This document shows positions 19,789 to 28,966 of a DNA stretch of 64,000 nucleotides, one piece after another. A program made the translations under genes and the position numbers. Position 1 is the stretch's first letter, and each line of letters starts with the position of its first letter. The stretch covers positions 12,869 to 76,868 of the forward strand of contig QHTT01000087.1 in assembly GCA_003220935.1 (NCBI GenBank), given 5' to 3'. Under the pieces are notes generated by a model, which saw only the letters and a program-made list of their open reading frames with translations, had not been told where the DNA came from and ran no database searches. The stretch comes from Gemmatimonadota bacterium. Its GTDB lineage: Bacteria > Gemmatimonadota > Gemmatimonadetes > Gemmatimonadales > GWC2-71-9.

Positions 19789-22142
19789 AACGGCTGCTCC
19801 GGGGCGCACTTGGCCTCATCGCCCTGCTGGGCGCGACCGGCGGCGCGACGCGGCTCTGGCTGGGCGCCGAGGTACCGCCGCTCGGCGGACGGGAACCGGT
19901 CGCCGGCTTGCGGGATTCCGTGGTAGTGCTGTGGGATTCTCTCGGCGTGCCGCACATCGCGGCCCGCGACGAGGAAGATCTTTTCACCGCGATCGGTTAC
20001 CTGCACGCCCGCGACCGGATGTGGGAGATGGACCTGCTGCGGCACGCCGCGCTCGGGCGGCTGAGCGAGCTGTTCGGCGCGCGCACCGTCGGCGCGGACC
20101 GAGCGCTGCGCACGCTCGAGCTCGGGCGGATCGCCGCCGCGCAGCTCGAGATCGCCGGCCCCGAGGGACACCGCCTCCTCGAGGCGTACGCGCACGGCGT
20201 GAACGCGTGGATCGCGCAGGGCCGGTACCGGGCGGTGGAATTCCGGATCATCCGGCATGCGGCCGAGCCCTGGCGTCCCGAACACTCGCTGGCAATCGGC
20301 AGGCTCGAGGCGTGGGACCTCCGCACCACCGGGGACGAGCTCGAGCTCGGGGACGTGGCGGCGCGGCTCGGCCCAGCCCGGGCGGCCCAGCTCGCCCCTA
20401 CGTATCCCGACACGGCACCGACGATCGTGCCACCGGGGGAGTGGCGCTCAGGGCGTGGTGTAGGGGCGGAGCATGCTGCGCCCCTAAGTTCCGCGCCAAC
20501 ACTGGCCGTAAGGACAGTGTTTCGCCGAGCCTACGCTTCAGCGTGGGGACCTTACGAGCGTGAATTCGCAGGCTTCGCCCCCGCTTCCAATGCCTGGGTC
20601 CTGGGCCCGTCCCGCACGGCCTCCCACAAGCCCATCCTCGCCAACGACCCCCATCTGACGCTGCGGGCGCCGTCCATCTGGTATCTCGTCGGCGCGCACG
20701 CACCGGGATACGAGGTCGTCGGTGCCACCATCCCGGGAATTCCGATCGTCGTCCTGGGGCACAACGCACGCCTCGGCTGGGGCTTCACTAACGCGATGGT
20801 AGACGACGTCGACTACGTTGCCGAACAGCTGAGCCCGGATTCGACGCGGTATCGAACACCCGACGGCTGGGCCCGGACGGAAGTCGTTGCGGAGACGATT
20901 CTCGTGCATGGCAGCACGCCCCTGGTCTACCGGCGCCTGCGCACCGCCGACGGCCCGGTGATCGAGCGCGCCGGACACGAGGCGGGGCCGCCACTGGCGA
21001 TGCGGTGGGTGGCGCACGATCCCACGGATGAGATCGGCGCACTACGAGCCATGGGGCGCGCGACCGATCTGCCAAGCTTCGAGGCAGCGCTCGCGGGATT
21101 TGGTTCGCCCGAGCAGAACGTCGTGTACGGCGACACCGCCGGCAACATCGCCTACTTCCTCGCGGGGCACGTACCGGTGCGACACGGCGGCGCCGGGTTC
21201 GGCGCTGCGTCTGGGTGGGCGAAGGCGGGGCGGTGGGACGGCTATCTCACGGCGGCTGAGTTGCCACGGATGGTGAACCCGGCGCAGGCCTACGTCGTCA
21301 CGGCGAACAACCGTGTCATCGGTGACGAGTATCCCTTCTACATTTCCCGGGAATGGGAACTGCCCTATCGGGCCCAACGCATCCTGGAGCTGGTCAGGCA
21401 GGATAGCGCGGCTACGACCACCTCGGTGGCGCGGGCGCAACTCGACATCGTGGACGTGTTCTGTCGGGCGATCGCGCCGCTTGCGGCTCGGGCCGCGGCG
21501 GCGACGGGACGCCCCGACCTCGCCGCCGGATTGCGCGCCTGGGATGGTGCCATGAGCCCGGAGCGCGCCGAGCCGACGCTCGTGTGGAGCTGGTACCGTG
21601 AGCTACAGCGTCTGGTCTACGACAGTGTGTCGCCCGGGTATCGGCCCGCTGAGCCGCTGCACCAATGGCTCGCTCGTGGCCGGAGCCCGTGGAACGATCT
21701 CTCGGCACTCGAGCGTCGGGCGATGGCGACGGTGCTGCCGCGGGCGGCGGGGCGGCCTTGGGGGAGCGTGCACGCAACGGTCCAGGAACACCCGCTCAGC
21801 GCGGTCCCGCTGCTGGGGCGACTGCTCAGGTTCAATGTCGGGCCGCTCGTCACTCCCGGGGGTAACTACACCGTCAATGTCGCCTCCACCGATGAGTTCG
21901 CCGCGCCGTTCGCAAGCACGTGGGGTCCATCGATGCGTCACGTGGTCGATTTCGGAGATGTGGACGGTGCCGGGGGCTTCATCCTGCCGACGGGGCAGTC
22001 GGGTTACCCGCTCTCACCGCACTATCGCGACCAGACCACGCGGTGGCTCAAGGGGCAGCTCTGGATCCTGCCGCTGGACTTGCAACGAGTGCGCAGCGTG
22101 AGCCGTCTGGTGCTCGTGCCCGACGGACGGGGAGGCCGCTGA
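19785..22142 (+). CDS. Penicillin acylase family (Ntn-hydrolase, peptidase S45)
   Basis: GVPHI, GYLHARDR, beta-chain N-terminal Ser in SNAW, LANDPHL, PTGQSG; N-terminal signal/anchor. Confidence 0.9.
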   Translation: MKRLLRGALGLIALLGATGGATRLWLGAEVPPLGGREPVAGLRDSVVVLWDSLGVPHIAARDEEDLFTAIGYLHARDRMWEMDLLRHAALGRLSELFGARTVGADRALRTLELGRIAAAQLEIAGPEGHRLLEAYAHGVNAWIAQGRYRAVEFRIIRHAAEPWRPEHSLAIGRLEAWDLRTTGDELELGDVAARLGPARAAQLAPTYPDTAPTIVPPGEWRSGRGVGAEHAAPLSSAPTLAVRTVFRRAYASAWGPYEREFAGFAPASNAWVLGPSRTASHKPILANDPHLTLRAPSIWYLVGAHAPGYEVVGATIPGIPIVVLGHNARLGWGFTNAMVDDVDYVAEQLSPDSTRYRTPDGWARTEVVAETILVHGSTPLVYRRLRTADGPVIERAGHEAGPPLAMRWVAHDPTDEIGALRAMGRATDLPSFEAALAGFGSPEQNVVYGDTAGNIAYFLAGHVPVRHGGAGFGAASGWAKAGRWDGYLTAAELPRMVNPAQAYVVTANNRVIGDEYPFYISREWELPYRAQRILELVRQDSAATTTSVARAQLDIVDVFCRAIAPLAARAAAATGRPDLAAGLRAWDGAMSPERAEPTLVWSWYRELQRLVYDSVSPGYRPAEPLHQWLARGRSPWNDLSALERRAMATVLPRAAGRPWGSVHATVQEHPLSAVPLLGRLLRFNVGPLVTPGGNYTVNVASTDEFAAPFASTWGPSMRHVVDFGDVDGAGGFILPTGQSGYPLSPHYRDQTTRWLKGQLWILPLDLQRVRSVSRLVLVPDGRGGR
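20460..20550 (+). repeat. Composite REP-like palindromic element inside the penicillin acylase CDS
   Basis: GTAGGGGCGGAGCATGCTGCGCCCCTA plus AACACTG..CAGTGTT and CCTACGCTTCAGCGTGGG hairpins; same modules, same order, as intergenic 37668-37773. Confidence 0.75.
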
Positions 22143-23143
22143 TGCTCGACGTCGCGGTGATCGGTGCGGGGCCATGCGGCCTCGCGGTGGGCGTGGCCGC
22201 GAAGCGCGCTCACCTCACGTGCTCGTTGTTCGACAAGGGACCGGTCGTCTCGAGCCTGATGCGTTATCCCCTCTACATGACCTTTTTCTCGACGCCCGAC
22301 AAGCTCGAGGTCGGTGGCGTCCCGTTCGTCACGGCCGCCGAGAAGCCGAGCCGACGGGAGGCCCTCACCTACTACCGTAAGGTGGCGGAGTACTTCGAGC
22401 TGGACGTGAGGCAATACCACGAGGTGCAAGGAGTGCGGCGGTCGCGCGAGGGGTTCGAGTTGGCCGCGCGACACCCCGGGAAGACGGAGCCCGAGACGGT
22501 ATCCGCGCGCAACGTCGTCTACGCCACTGGGTACTTCGAGTCGCCCAACCCGCTCGGTGTGCCTGGCGAGGACCTCCCCCACGTCTCGCATTTCTTCACG
22601 GAGGCCCACCCGTATTGGCAGCAGCGGGTGATCGTGGTGGGTGGGGGCAACAGCGCCGTCGAAGCAGCGCTCGAGCTGCACCGCGTCGGCGCGCGGGTCA
22701 CGCTGGTGCACTTCCTCGGCGAGTTCGACCGCGGCGTGAAGCCCTGGATCCTACCCGACGCGACGAATCGCGTGAAGGACGGAAGCATCGCCGTTCGCTG
22801 GTGTAGCCGGGTCGTGGAAATCCGGCGCTCCGAGGTGGTGATTCGCTCCGAGATGGATGCGCGGCTCGAGGCGCTGCCCGCCGATTTCGTGCTCGCCCTC
22901 ACGGGCTACCGGGCGGACCTGACGCTGCTGCGCATGATCGGCGTGGAGGTCGACGAGACGACTGGCGTCCCGCGTCATGACCGGGCCACGATGGAGACCA
23001 ACGTCGCGGGCGTCTACGTCGCCGGAGTGCTCGCGTCGGGGCTCGACGCGAACAAGATCTTCATCGAGAACGGCCGCGCCCATGGCGGGCTCATATGTGG
23101 GCACATTCAAGCAAAACCCCCCAGGGTTGCCCCTGGGGGGTGA
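22142..23143 (+). CDS. ypdA: YpdA-family FAD/NAD(P)-dependent disulfide reductase
   Basis: GAGPCG, YP.YMTFFSTPDKLE, KP.RREAL.YY, GGGNSA, IFIENGRAHG. Confidence 0.85.
   Translation: MLDVAVIGAGPCGLAVGVAAKRAHLTCSLFDKGPVVSSLMRYPLYMTFFSTPDKLEVGGVPFVTAAEKPSRREALTYYRKVAEYFELDVRQYHEVQGVRRSREGFELAARHPGKTEPETVSARNVVYATGYFESPNPLGVPGEDLPHVSHFFTEAHPYWQQRVIVVGGGNSAVEAALELHRVGARVTLVHFLGEFDRGVKPWILPDATNRVKDGSIAVRWCSRVVEIRRSEVVIRSEMDARLEALPADFVLALTGYRADLTLLRMIGVEVDETTGVPRHDRATMETNVAGVYVAGVLASGLDANKIFIENGRAHGGLICGHIQAKPPRVAPGG
23113..23141 (-). terminator. Intrinsic terminator for a minus-strand transcript
   Basis: On minus strand ACCCCCCAGGG-GCA-ACCCTGGGGGGT followed by a T run. Confidence 0.7.
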
Positions 23144-23210
23144 TCGCCTGCTCGACATCGTGCGCCCTAGAACCCGATGCGAGCGAGACGAAGCTCTTGC
23201 TCGAGGCGCC

Positions 23211-23250
23211 AAACGAAAGGCCCCGCGCTCTGTTGTCAGGACGTGGGGCC
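23211..23250 (-). terminator. Riboswitch expression-platform terminator
   Basis: On minus strand GGCCCCACG...CGCGGGGCC followed by TTTCGTTT, ~10 nt after the aptamer. Confidence 0.7.
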
Positions 23251-23260
23251 GGTGCCAACC

Positions 23261-23340
23261 TCCGGCAGCCGGGCTGTCTCGCCAACTGAGACCCCTTGGC
23301 TTTGCGCCCCGCCGTCGCCGGCGGTTTGCCCTGAACAGAG
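23261..23340 (-). ncRNA. c-di-GMP-I (GEMM) riboswitch aptamer
   Basis: Minus strand CAGGGCAAACCGCCG-GCGA-CGGCGGGGCGCAAAGCC...GGGTCTC...GAGACAGCCCGGCTGCCG: GGCAAAC, GNRA tetraloop, CGCAAAGC and terminal CUGCCG. Confidence 0.85.
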
Positions 23341-23360
23341 ATGTGCTGGCCTTGCAATGG

Positions 23361-23376
23361 GCAAGAACAGTGCCTA
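23361..23376 (-). promoter_or_regulatory. sigma54 (-24/-12) promoter driving the riboswitch
   Basis: Minus strand TAGGCACTGTTCTTGC, GG-N10-GC spacing, ~20 nt upstream of the aptamer. Confidence 0.6.
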
Positions 23377-23461
23377 AGTGTAAGTGGCATCAAGCCGTCA
23401 CTTAGCCAACACCTGCGCTCACGAGATCTTGCAGAACGCATAATTTCATGCAGAAAGCGAC

Positions 23462-24544
23462 ATGTCGCCGGTAGTCCTGGTGGCTCCGGCCGCGTTCAAG
23501 GGTACACACGGCCCGCGGCAGGTGGCTGAAGCGCTCTCGACCGGCATTCGGCGCGCCCTTCCCGAAGCGTCCTTACTCCAGTGCCCGATTTCCGACGGCG
23601 GTGATGGCCTACTCGACGCCGTGCTCGGCCCCGGGTCGCTGCGTGAGAAGGTGGCGGTGACAGGCCCGCTGGGAGCGCCGGTGAGCGCCGTACTCGGCTG
23701 GGTCGACCCGGAGACGGCGATCTTCGAGAGTGCCACGGCATGCGGCATCGCGCTGCTCCGTCCGGACGAGCTCGATCCGCTGCGTGCCACCACGCGCGGC
23801 GTCGGCGAGCTGATCTGGGAGGCGGCAGAGCGCGGCGCCCAGGTGGTGGTTGTGGGGTTGGGTGGGTCGGCCACCGTGGACGGCGGAACCGGCGCGGCGT
23901 GCGGGCTGGGTTGGACCTTCGCGGACGCCCGAGGCGAGGCGCTGCCCGAGGGGGGCGGCTCGTTGGCACAGCTCGCAGACCTGGGAGGCGGCTGGGCGCT
24001 CGCCGCCCAGGTCCTCGCACTCACGGATGTAACCACGCCGCTGGTGGGCACAGCCGGGGCGGCGCCGGTGTTCGCGCCTCAAAAAGGCGCTGGTCCGGAG
24101 AGCGTGAAGCTGCTCTCGCGCGGACTGGAGCGTCTCGCTGAGCTGATGGCGCGCCATGGCCGGCCAGAGCTCGCGACGCTGCCTGGCGGGGGCGCCGCCG
24201 GCGGGCTCGGGGCGGGTCTCGCGTTTTTCGCCAAGGCCCAACTGGTGCCGGGCGCCGAGTGGGTGCTGGGGCGCGTGGGGTTCGACGCCGCCCTCGCCAA
24301 GGCGGACTTCGTCGTGACCGGTGAGGGCGCTTTCGATCGGACGTCGCTCGCCGGCAAGGCATCGGGGGAAGTGGTCCGGCGTGCGCAAGCGGCGCAGAAA
24401 CGCGTCGCCGTTGTGGCGGGGAAGATTGAAGGCCTGATCGGCATCCACGCCCTGGACGGGGAAGGCCGCACGCTCGATGCGGCCGGGATCGCCGCGCTCG
24501 CCGAGCGCGCGACCCGGCAGGCATTTGGGTTGCCTCTGCCCTAG
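23462..24544 (+). CDS. glxK: Glycerate kinase (GlxK/GarK family)
   Basis: AP.AFKG, PISDGG.G, GLGGSATVDGG.G, FAPQKGA, GAAGGLG, VTGEG. Confidence 0.9.
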   Translation: MSPVVLVAPAAFKGTHGPRQVAEALSTGIRRALPEASLLQCPISDGGDGLLDAVLGPGSLREKVAVTGPLGAPVSAVLGWVDPETAIFESATACGIALLRPDELDPLRATTRGVGELIWEAAERGAQVVVVGLGGSATVDGGTGAACGLGWTFADARGEALPEGGGSLAQLADLGGGWALAAQVLALTDVTTPLVGTAGAAPVFAPQKGAGPESVKLLSRGLERLAELMARHGRPELATLPGGGAAGGLGAGLAFFAKAQLVPGAEWVLGRVGFDAALAKADFVVTGEGAFDRTSLAGKASGEVVRRAQAAQKRVAVVAGKIEGLIGIHALDGEGRTLDAAGIAALAERATRQAFGLPLP

Positions 24545-24569
24545 CGGCCGGTCTATCTTCCGGCCCTCT

Positions 24570-25907
24570 ATGCCCTCAAACGACAACGTGATGGAGAAGC
24601 TCGTGTCGCTCGCCAAGCGACGTGGGTTCGTGTTTCAGTCGTCGGAGATCTACGGCGGGCTCGGGTCGGTGTGGGACTACGGACCCCTCGGCGTGGAGCT
24701 GAAGAAAAACATCAAGGAGCGCTGGTGGCGCTCCCTGGTCCACGAGCGGGAAGACATCGAGGGCCTCGACGCGGCCATCCTCATGCACCCGAAGGTGTGG
24801 GAAGCGTCCGGGCATGTCGCGGGATTCACCGATCCCCTGGTCGACTGTAAGCAGTGCAAGAACCGGTTCCGCGCGGACGATCCTCGCATCAAAGGCACGC
24901 CGGGCGAGCCCACGGCGCAGTGCCCGGTGTGTGGGAACAAGGGGACGCTTACGGCGCCCCGAATGTTCAATCTCATGTTCAAGACGTTCATGGGCCCGGT
25001 CGAGGAAGCAGCGGCGGTGGTCTACCTCCGTCCCGAGACGGCGCAAGGGATCTACGTGAACTATCTGAACGTCCTGCAGTCGTCCCGGCAGAAGATCCCG
25101 TTCGGCATCGCCCAGATCGGCAAGGCATTCCGCAACGAGATCACGCCCGGGAACTTCATCTTCCGGACCCGGGAGTTCGAGCAGATGGAGATGCAGTTCT
25201 TCGTGAAGCCGGGGACCGACTCGGAGTGGTTCGAGTTCTGGCGTCAGGAGCGGCTGAAATGGCTCGTGGGGCTCGGGATCCGCCCTGCGAAGCTGCGCTT
25301 TCACCAGCACACCAAGGATGAGCTCGCGCACTACGCCAAAGACGCCTACGATATTCAGTACGAGTTCCCGTTCGGGTGGCAGGAGTTCGAGGGGATTCAC
25401 AATCGCACGAACTTCGATCTGTCGCGCCACCAGGAATTCTCCGGCAAGAAGCTCGAATACCTGGACACCGCCACGAACGAGCGGTTCATCCCGTACGTCG
25501 TCGAGACCTCGGCCGGCGCCGACCGCACCGCCCTCGTGGTGATGGTGGACGCCTACCACGAGGAGGACGTGGAAGGCGAGAAGCGCGTCGTGTTGCGGGT
25601 GCATCCGGCCATCGCGCCGCTCAAAGCGGCCGTGTTTCCCCTCGTCAACAAGGACGGGATGCCCGAGCTGGCGCGCCGCGTCTACGACGACCTCCGCAAG
25701 CACTACAACGTGTTCTACGACGACGGTGGCTCGATCGGCCGCCGCTACCGCCGGCAGGACGAAGCGGGCACGCCGTTTGGCATCACCATAGACGGCCAGT
25801 CCACCGCGGACGGAACGGTGACCGTGCGGGATCGCGACACGCTGAAGCAAGACCGGGTCGCGGCCGATCGTCTCGTGGCGTACCTGGCGGTGCACCTGGC
25901 GGGGTGA
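24570..25907 (+). CDS. glyQS: Glycine--tRNA ligase (homodimeric alpha2 type)
   Basis: DYGPLG, LRPETAQG, GKAFRNEITP, FRTREFEQME, SIGRRYRRQDE. Confidence 0.95.
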   Translation: MPSNDNVMEKLVSLAKRRGFVFQSSEIYGGLGSVWDYGPLGVELKKNIKERWWRSLVHEREDIEGLDAAILMHPKVWEASGHVAGFTDPLVDCKQCKNRFRADDPRIKGTPGEPTAQCPVCGNKGTLTAPRMFNLMFKTFMGPVEEAAAVVYLRPETAQGIYVNYLNVLQSSRQKIPFGIAQIGKAFRNEITPGNFIFRTREFEQMEMQFFVKPGTDSEWFEFWRQERLKWLVGLGIRPAKLRFHQHTKDELAHYAKDAYDIQYEFPFGWQEFEGIHNRTNFDLSRHQEFSGKKLEYLDTATNERFIPYVVETSAGADRTALVVMVDAYHEEDVEGEKRVVLRVHPAIAPLKAAVFPLVNKDGMPELARRVYDDLRKHYNVFYDDGGSIGRRYRRQDEAGTPFGITIDGQSTADGTVTVRDRDTLKQDRVAADRLVAYLAVHLAG

Positions 25908-25928
25908 ACGGCCGGGGAAGGGGAAAGG

Positions 25929-26627
25929 GTGCGGCTCGATGACTTTCGCGTGATGATCGACCGTCTCGCCCGCGAGGTGCCCGCAGAGTTCGCGGACGGC
26001 ATCGTGGCAATCGAAGTGAGTCCCAAGGTCATGCCGCATCCGCGCCGCGGCGACGTCTACACGCTGGGTGAGTGCATCCCGCTCGAATGGAGCGGCAACG
26101 GGGCCGATCTGCAGTCGCGGGTCGTCCTGTATCACGGCTCGTTCGCGGCCCTGGCGCGGCTCGGCGATTTCGACTGGCGCGCCGAGGCTTGGGAGACGCT
26201 CACGCACGAGCTGCGCCACCACCTCGAATGGCGCGCGCACGTATCCCGCCTCGAGGCGTACGACTGGGCGGCGGAGGAGAACTTCAAGCGCCACGAGGGT
26301 CAGCCCTTCGACCCGCTGTTCTACCGGTCGGGGGAAAGCGTGGAGGACGGCGTCTGGAAGGTCGATGACGATTTCTTCGTGGCCTGGAACGACTCCGGTG
26401 CGCGCGGGAAAGACATCGAGATTCCCTGGCACGGTCGTGCCTATCGGGTGGCCGTCCCGCCGGTCGAACCGACCACGGCGTTGTTCCTGATCCTGGACGG
26501 CCTGCGCGCCCCCCCGCCCGGCGACGCCGTGGTGGTCGTGAAGCCGGCGCAAGGGCTCCGGGACCTGTTGCGACGTCATCCGGCCCCGCTCCAGGTGGTG
26601 GCGCGGGTGACGCCGCTCGATGCCTAG
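25929..26627 (+). CDS. Zincin-like metallopeptidase domain protein
   Basis: HExxH in THELRHH; R.VLYHGSF segment typical of minimal zincins. Confidence 0.6.
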   Translation: MRLDDFRVMIDRLAREVPAEFADGIVAIEVSPKVMPHPRRGDVYTLGECIPLEWSGNGADLQSRVVLYHGSFAALARLGDFDWRAEAWETLTHELRHHLEWRAHVSRLEAYDWAAEENFKRHEGQPFDPLFYRSGESVEDGVWKVDDDFFVAWNDSGARGKDIEIPWHGRAYRVAVPPVEPTTALFLILDGLRAPPPGDAVVVVKPAQGLRDLLRRHPAPLQVVARVTPLDA

Positions 26628-26949
26628 ACAGGTGTTCCTCGCGACGCGGGACCTCGTGTTCCGCTCGAAGCTCGCTCGCGTCGTCGACGCCGCCGGGGCT
26701 GAAGTGACGCGGGACGAGGCTGCGTGCGAGCTCGCTGTGCTCGAGATCGAATCCGCGGGTTCGACGGACCGCATCAAGACGCTCGTCGCGCGCGGGACCT
26801 CGGTCCTGGCCTACGGCTCGCACGTACGGCCCGATCTGCTACGGGCCGCCCGGGAGGCGGGAGCGACGGCGGTGCCGAATTCGCAGGTGGAGGAACGGCT
26901 CCGGGAACTGCTCGGCGCGGCTGACCCCGGGCCGGCGGCCCGGGGTTAG
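26620..26949 (+). CDS. Small hypothetical protein, possibly a degenerate receiver-like fold
   Basis: DLVFRSK, LAYGSHV, AAREAGA; overlaps upstream stop; good codon usage. Confidence 0.6.
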   Translation: MPRQVFLATRDLVFRSKLARVVDAAGAEVTRDEAACELAVLEIESAGSTDRIKTLVARGTSVLAYGSHVRPDLLRAAREAGATAVPNSQVEERLRELLGAADPGPAARG

Positions 26950-26973
26950 CCGACTGACCGATTCTTCGATCCC

Positions 26974-27438
26974 TTACTTCGCCGCAAGCTGCACGTCGAT
27001 TTGCCGCGGCTTCGCCTTCTCGACCTTCGGCAGCGTCACCGTCAGCACCCCGTGCTCGTACGTCGCCTTGATGGCGTTGGCGTCCACGGTGGTGGGCAGC
27101 GTGAAGCTCCGCTCAAACGTGCCGTAGGTCCGTTCGTAGCGGTGCACCCGCTCGGTGCGCTCTTCGGCGACCTGCTCTTTGGTCCCGTGAATCGTGAGGA
27201 CGTTGTTCTCGAGCGAGATCTTCACGTTCTCCGGCTTCACACCCGCCACTTCGGTCATGATCCGGATGGCGTCGGCTTCCTCGAGGATGTCCACGGGCGG
27301 TACCCAGGACGCGCCGGCGCTGTCCCCGTACTGCCAGTCGAGGTTGCCGAACGCCTCGCTGAAGAGGCGGCCGATCCGGCGCTCGAGGGCGGTCCCGGCC
27401 AGCGCCGGTTCTCTCGAGTTACGAGTTGTGACGAACAT
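26974..27438 (-). CDS. Hsp20/alpha-crystallin small heat-shock protein
   Basis: WVPPVDILE, ERTYGTFERSFTLP, ATYEHGVLTVTLPK; AAGGAGGT RBS before ATG 27438. Confidence 0.93.
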   Translation of the reverse strand: MFVTTRNSREPALAGTALERRIGRLFSEAFGNLDWQYGDSAGASWVPPVDILEEADAIRIMTEVAGVKPENVKISLENNVLTIHGTKEQVAEERTERVHRYERTYGTFERSFTLPTTVDANAIKATYEHGVLTVTLPKVEKAKPRQIDVQLAAK

Positions 27439-27492
27439 AAGCAGGACCTCCTTATGAGGACGTGATTCGGAACTGTCTTCCCGGGGGCCTCG

Positions 27493-27508
27493 AGCAACCG
27501 GCGTGCCG
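27493..27508 (-). promoter_or_regulatory. sigma54 promoter of hsp20
   Basis: Minus strand CGGCACGCCGGTTGCT, close to the TGGCACG-N4-TTGCW consensus. Confidence 0.7.
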
Positions 27509-27618
27509 CTGGAGGGGGCCCGCACCTTGCCGAGATGGCAAGCCCGCCTGCCGCGTTTGCCGGGTGGTTTGTCAGGATGACGGAGTTATCTTTCTCGCTC
27601 GTCTGCGCGAGGGTGTTC

Positions 27619-28691
27619 GTGAACCGGCGTCATCTCATTTGGCTGGCCTTGGGCGTCTGGCTCGGAGGAGTCGCGGCCGGCGACGCGCCCAGCTACCGCA
27701 TCTTCGTTTCGAGCGAGTCCGGCGACATCGTCTCCCAGCTGACGTGGGACGGCGTCGCGCTCAAGACCGTGAAGGTCGTGCCGGTGGGCATCATGCCGGC
27801 CGACATCGACGGCCCGCACAACGTCACCGTCGCGCCGGACGGCAAGTACTGGTACGTCACCATCGCCCATGGCACGCCCTACGGCACGCTCTGGAAGATG
27901 GCGGTCGACGGGGACACCGTGGTTGGGAAGGCGCCCGTTGAGATGTTCCCGACGACCATCTCGCTCACGCCGGATGGCGAGCTCGCCTTCGTCGCGAACT
28001 CCGACTTTCATGGCGACCATCCGCGCATGAATGTCGTCTCGATCGTCTACACGCCGCAGATGGTCACGTTGACGAACCTCCCGGCGTGCGACATGCCGCA
28101 CGGCGTGAAGGTGAACCACGCCGGAACCAAGGTCTACGTCACCTGCATGAACTCGGATGAGGTGCTGGAGATCGACCGTGCTTCGCTGGCGATCGCACGC
28201 CGCCACAAGACGGGCGAGGGGATGTTGCCACAGGCGATGCCGATGAAGATGGGGCACGGCGGGGCGCAGGGGGGGCAGGGGGGTCGCCGGACGACACGCG
28301 GTTGTACGTCGCCTGCAACCACAGCGACGAGTTGATGGTGCTCGATGCCGGGACGCTCGACCTCGTGAAGGCGATCCCGGCGGGGCACGGCGCTTACAAC
28401 GTGGAGCCTTCGCCGGACGGCAAGTGGGTGATCGTCACGAATAAGAAGGACCAGAGCGTCTCGCTCATCGACGCCGCCACGCTGGCAGAGGTGGCGCGGA
28501 TCCCCACGACCAAGCCGTTCCCCCACGGCGTGGCGTATGCGCCCGACAGCCGGTACGCCTTCATCTCTCAGGAAAGCAAGGGCGTGGATCCCGGCGCCGT
28601 GAACGTGATCGACCTGCAGACGAAGACCAATGTGGCGAGCGTCGCGGTCCCACTCCAGCCGACCGGGATCACGATCCTGCGCCGGTCATGA
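27619..28691 (+). pseudogene. Secreted YncE/YVTN-type beta-propeller, split by a frameshift or deletion near 28283 (possibly assembly error)
   Basis: Signal peptide, repeated PH(G/N)V..SPDG blades in two frames; frame switch directly after a G-rich tract. Confidence 0.75.
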
Positions 28692-28966
28692 CCCACACCA
28701 CCACCGTGGCCCTGCCGCCAGAGCAGGTGCTCGGGGCGGCGCAGCGGTTCTTCGCCGAGCGGGTCCCGAGCGCCGCCGCGTTCGTGGAGCGGCAGGGCCC
28801 AGGGTTCTTGGTGCTGCGCGGGCAGGGGGGGGAAGAGGTGGTTTTCAGCGCGCGCTCTGATGGGGGCGGCAAGACGCAGGTGCGGGCGTCGACCTTGTTC
28901 TTCGATCAGGCGGTCGACCGGTTCCTCTCGACGCTGCCGCTCGAGGCCGCGGTCGAGGTCGTGTGA
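28688..28966 (+). CDS. Hypothetical protein (92 aa)
   Basis: ATGA/GTGA coupling on both sides, typical codon usage; LRGQGGEE, FDQAVDRFLSTL. Confidence 0.7.
   Translation: MTHTTTVALPPEQVLGAAQRFFAERVPSAAAFVERQGPGFLVLRGQGGEEVVFSARSDGGGKTQVRASTLFFDQAVDRFLSTLPLEAAVEVV

Noticed and set aside
22751..23212. 153 aa minus-strand ORF as target of the riboswitch
   Set aside because: No RBS, crosses the second terminator, antisense to ypdA, protein looks like frame noise
24576..26777. Long antisense ORFs (e.g. 733 aa here; also 722-2098, 7161-8597, 40752-42581, 49444-51360, 59138-60766)
   Set aside because: Shadow frames opposite well-supported genes; expected at high GC and no recognisable motifs
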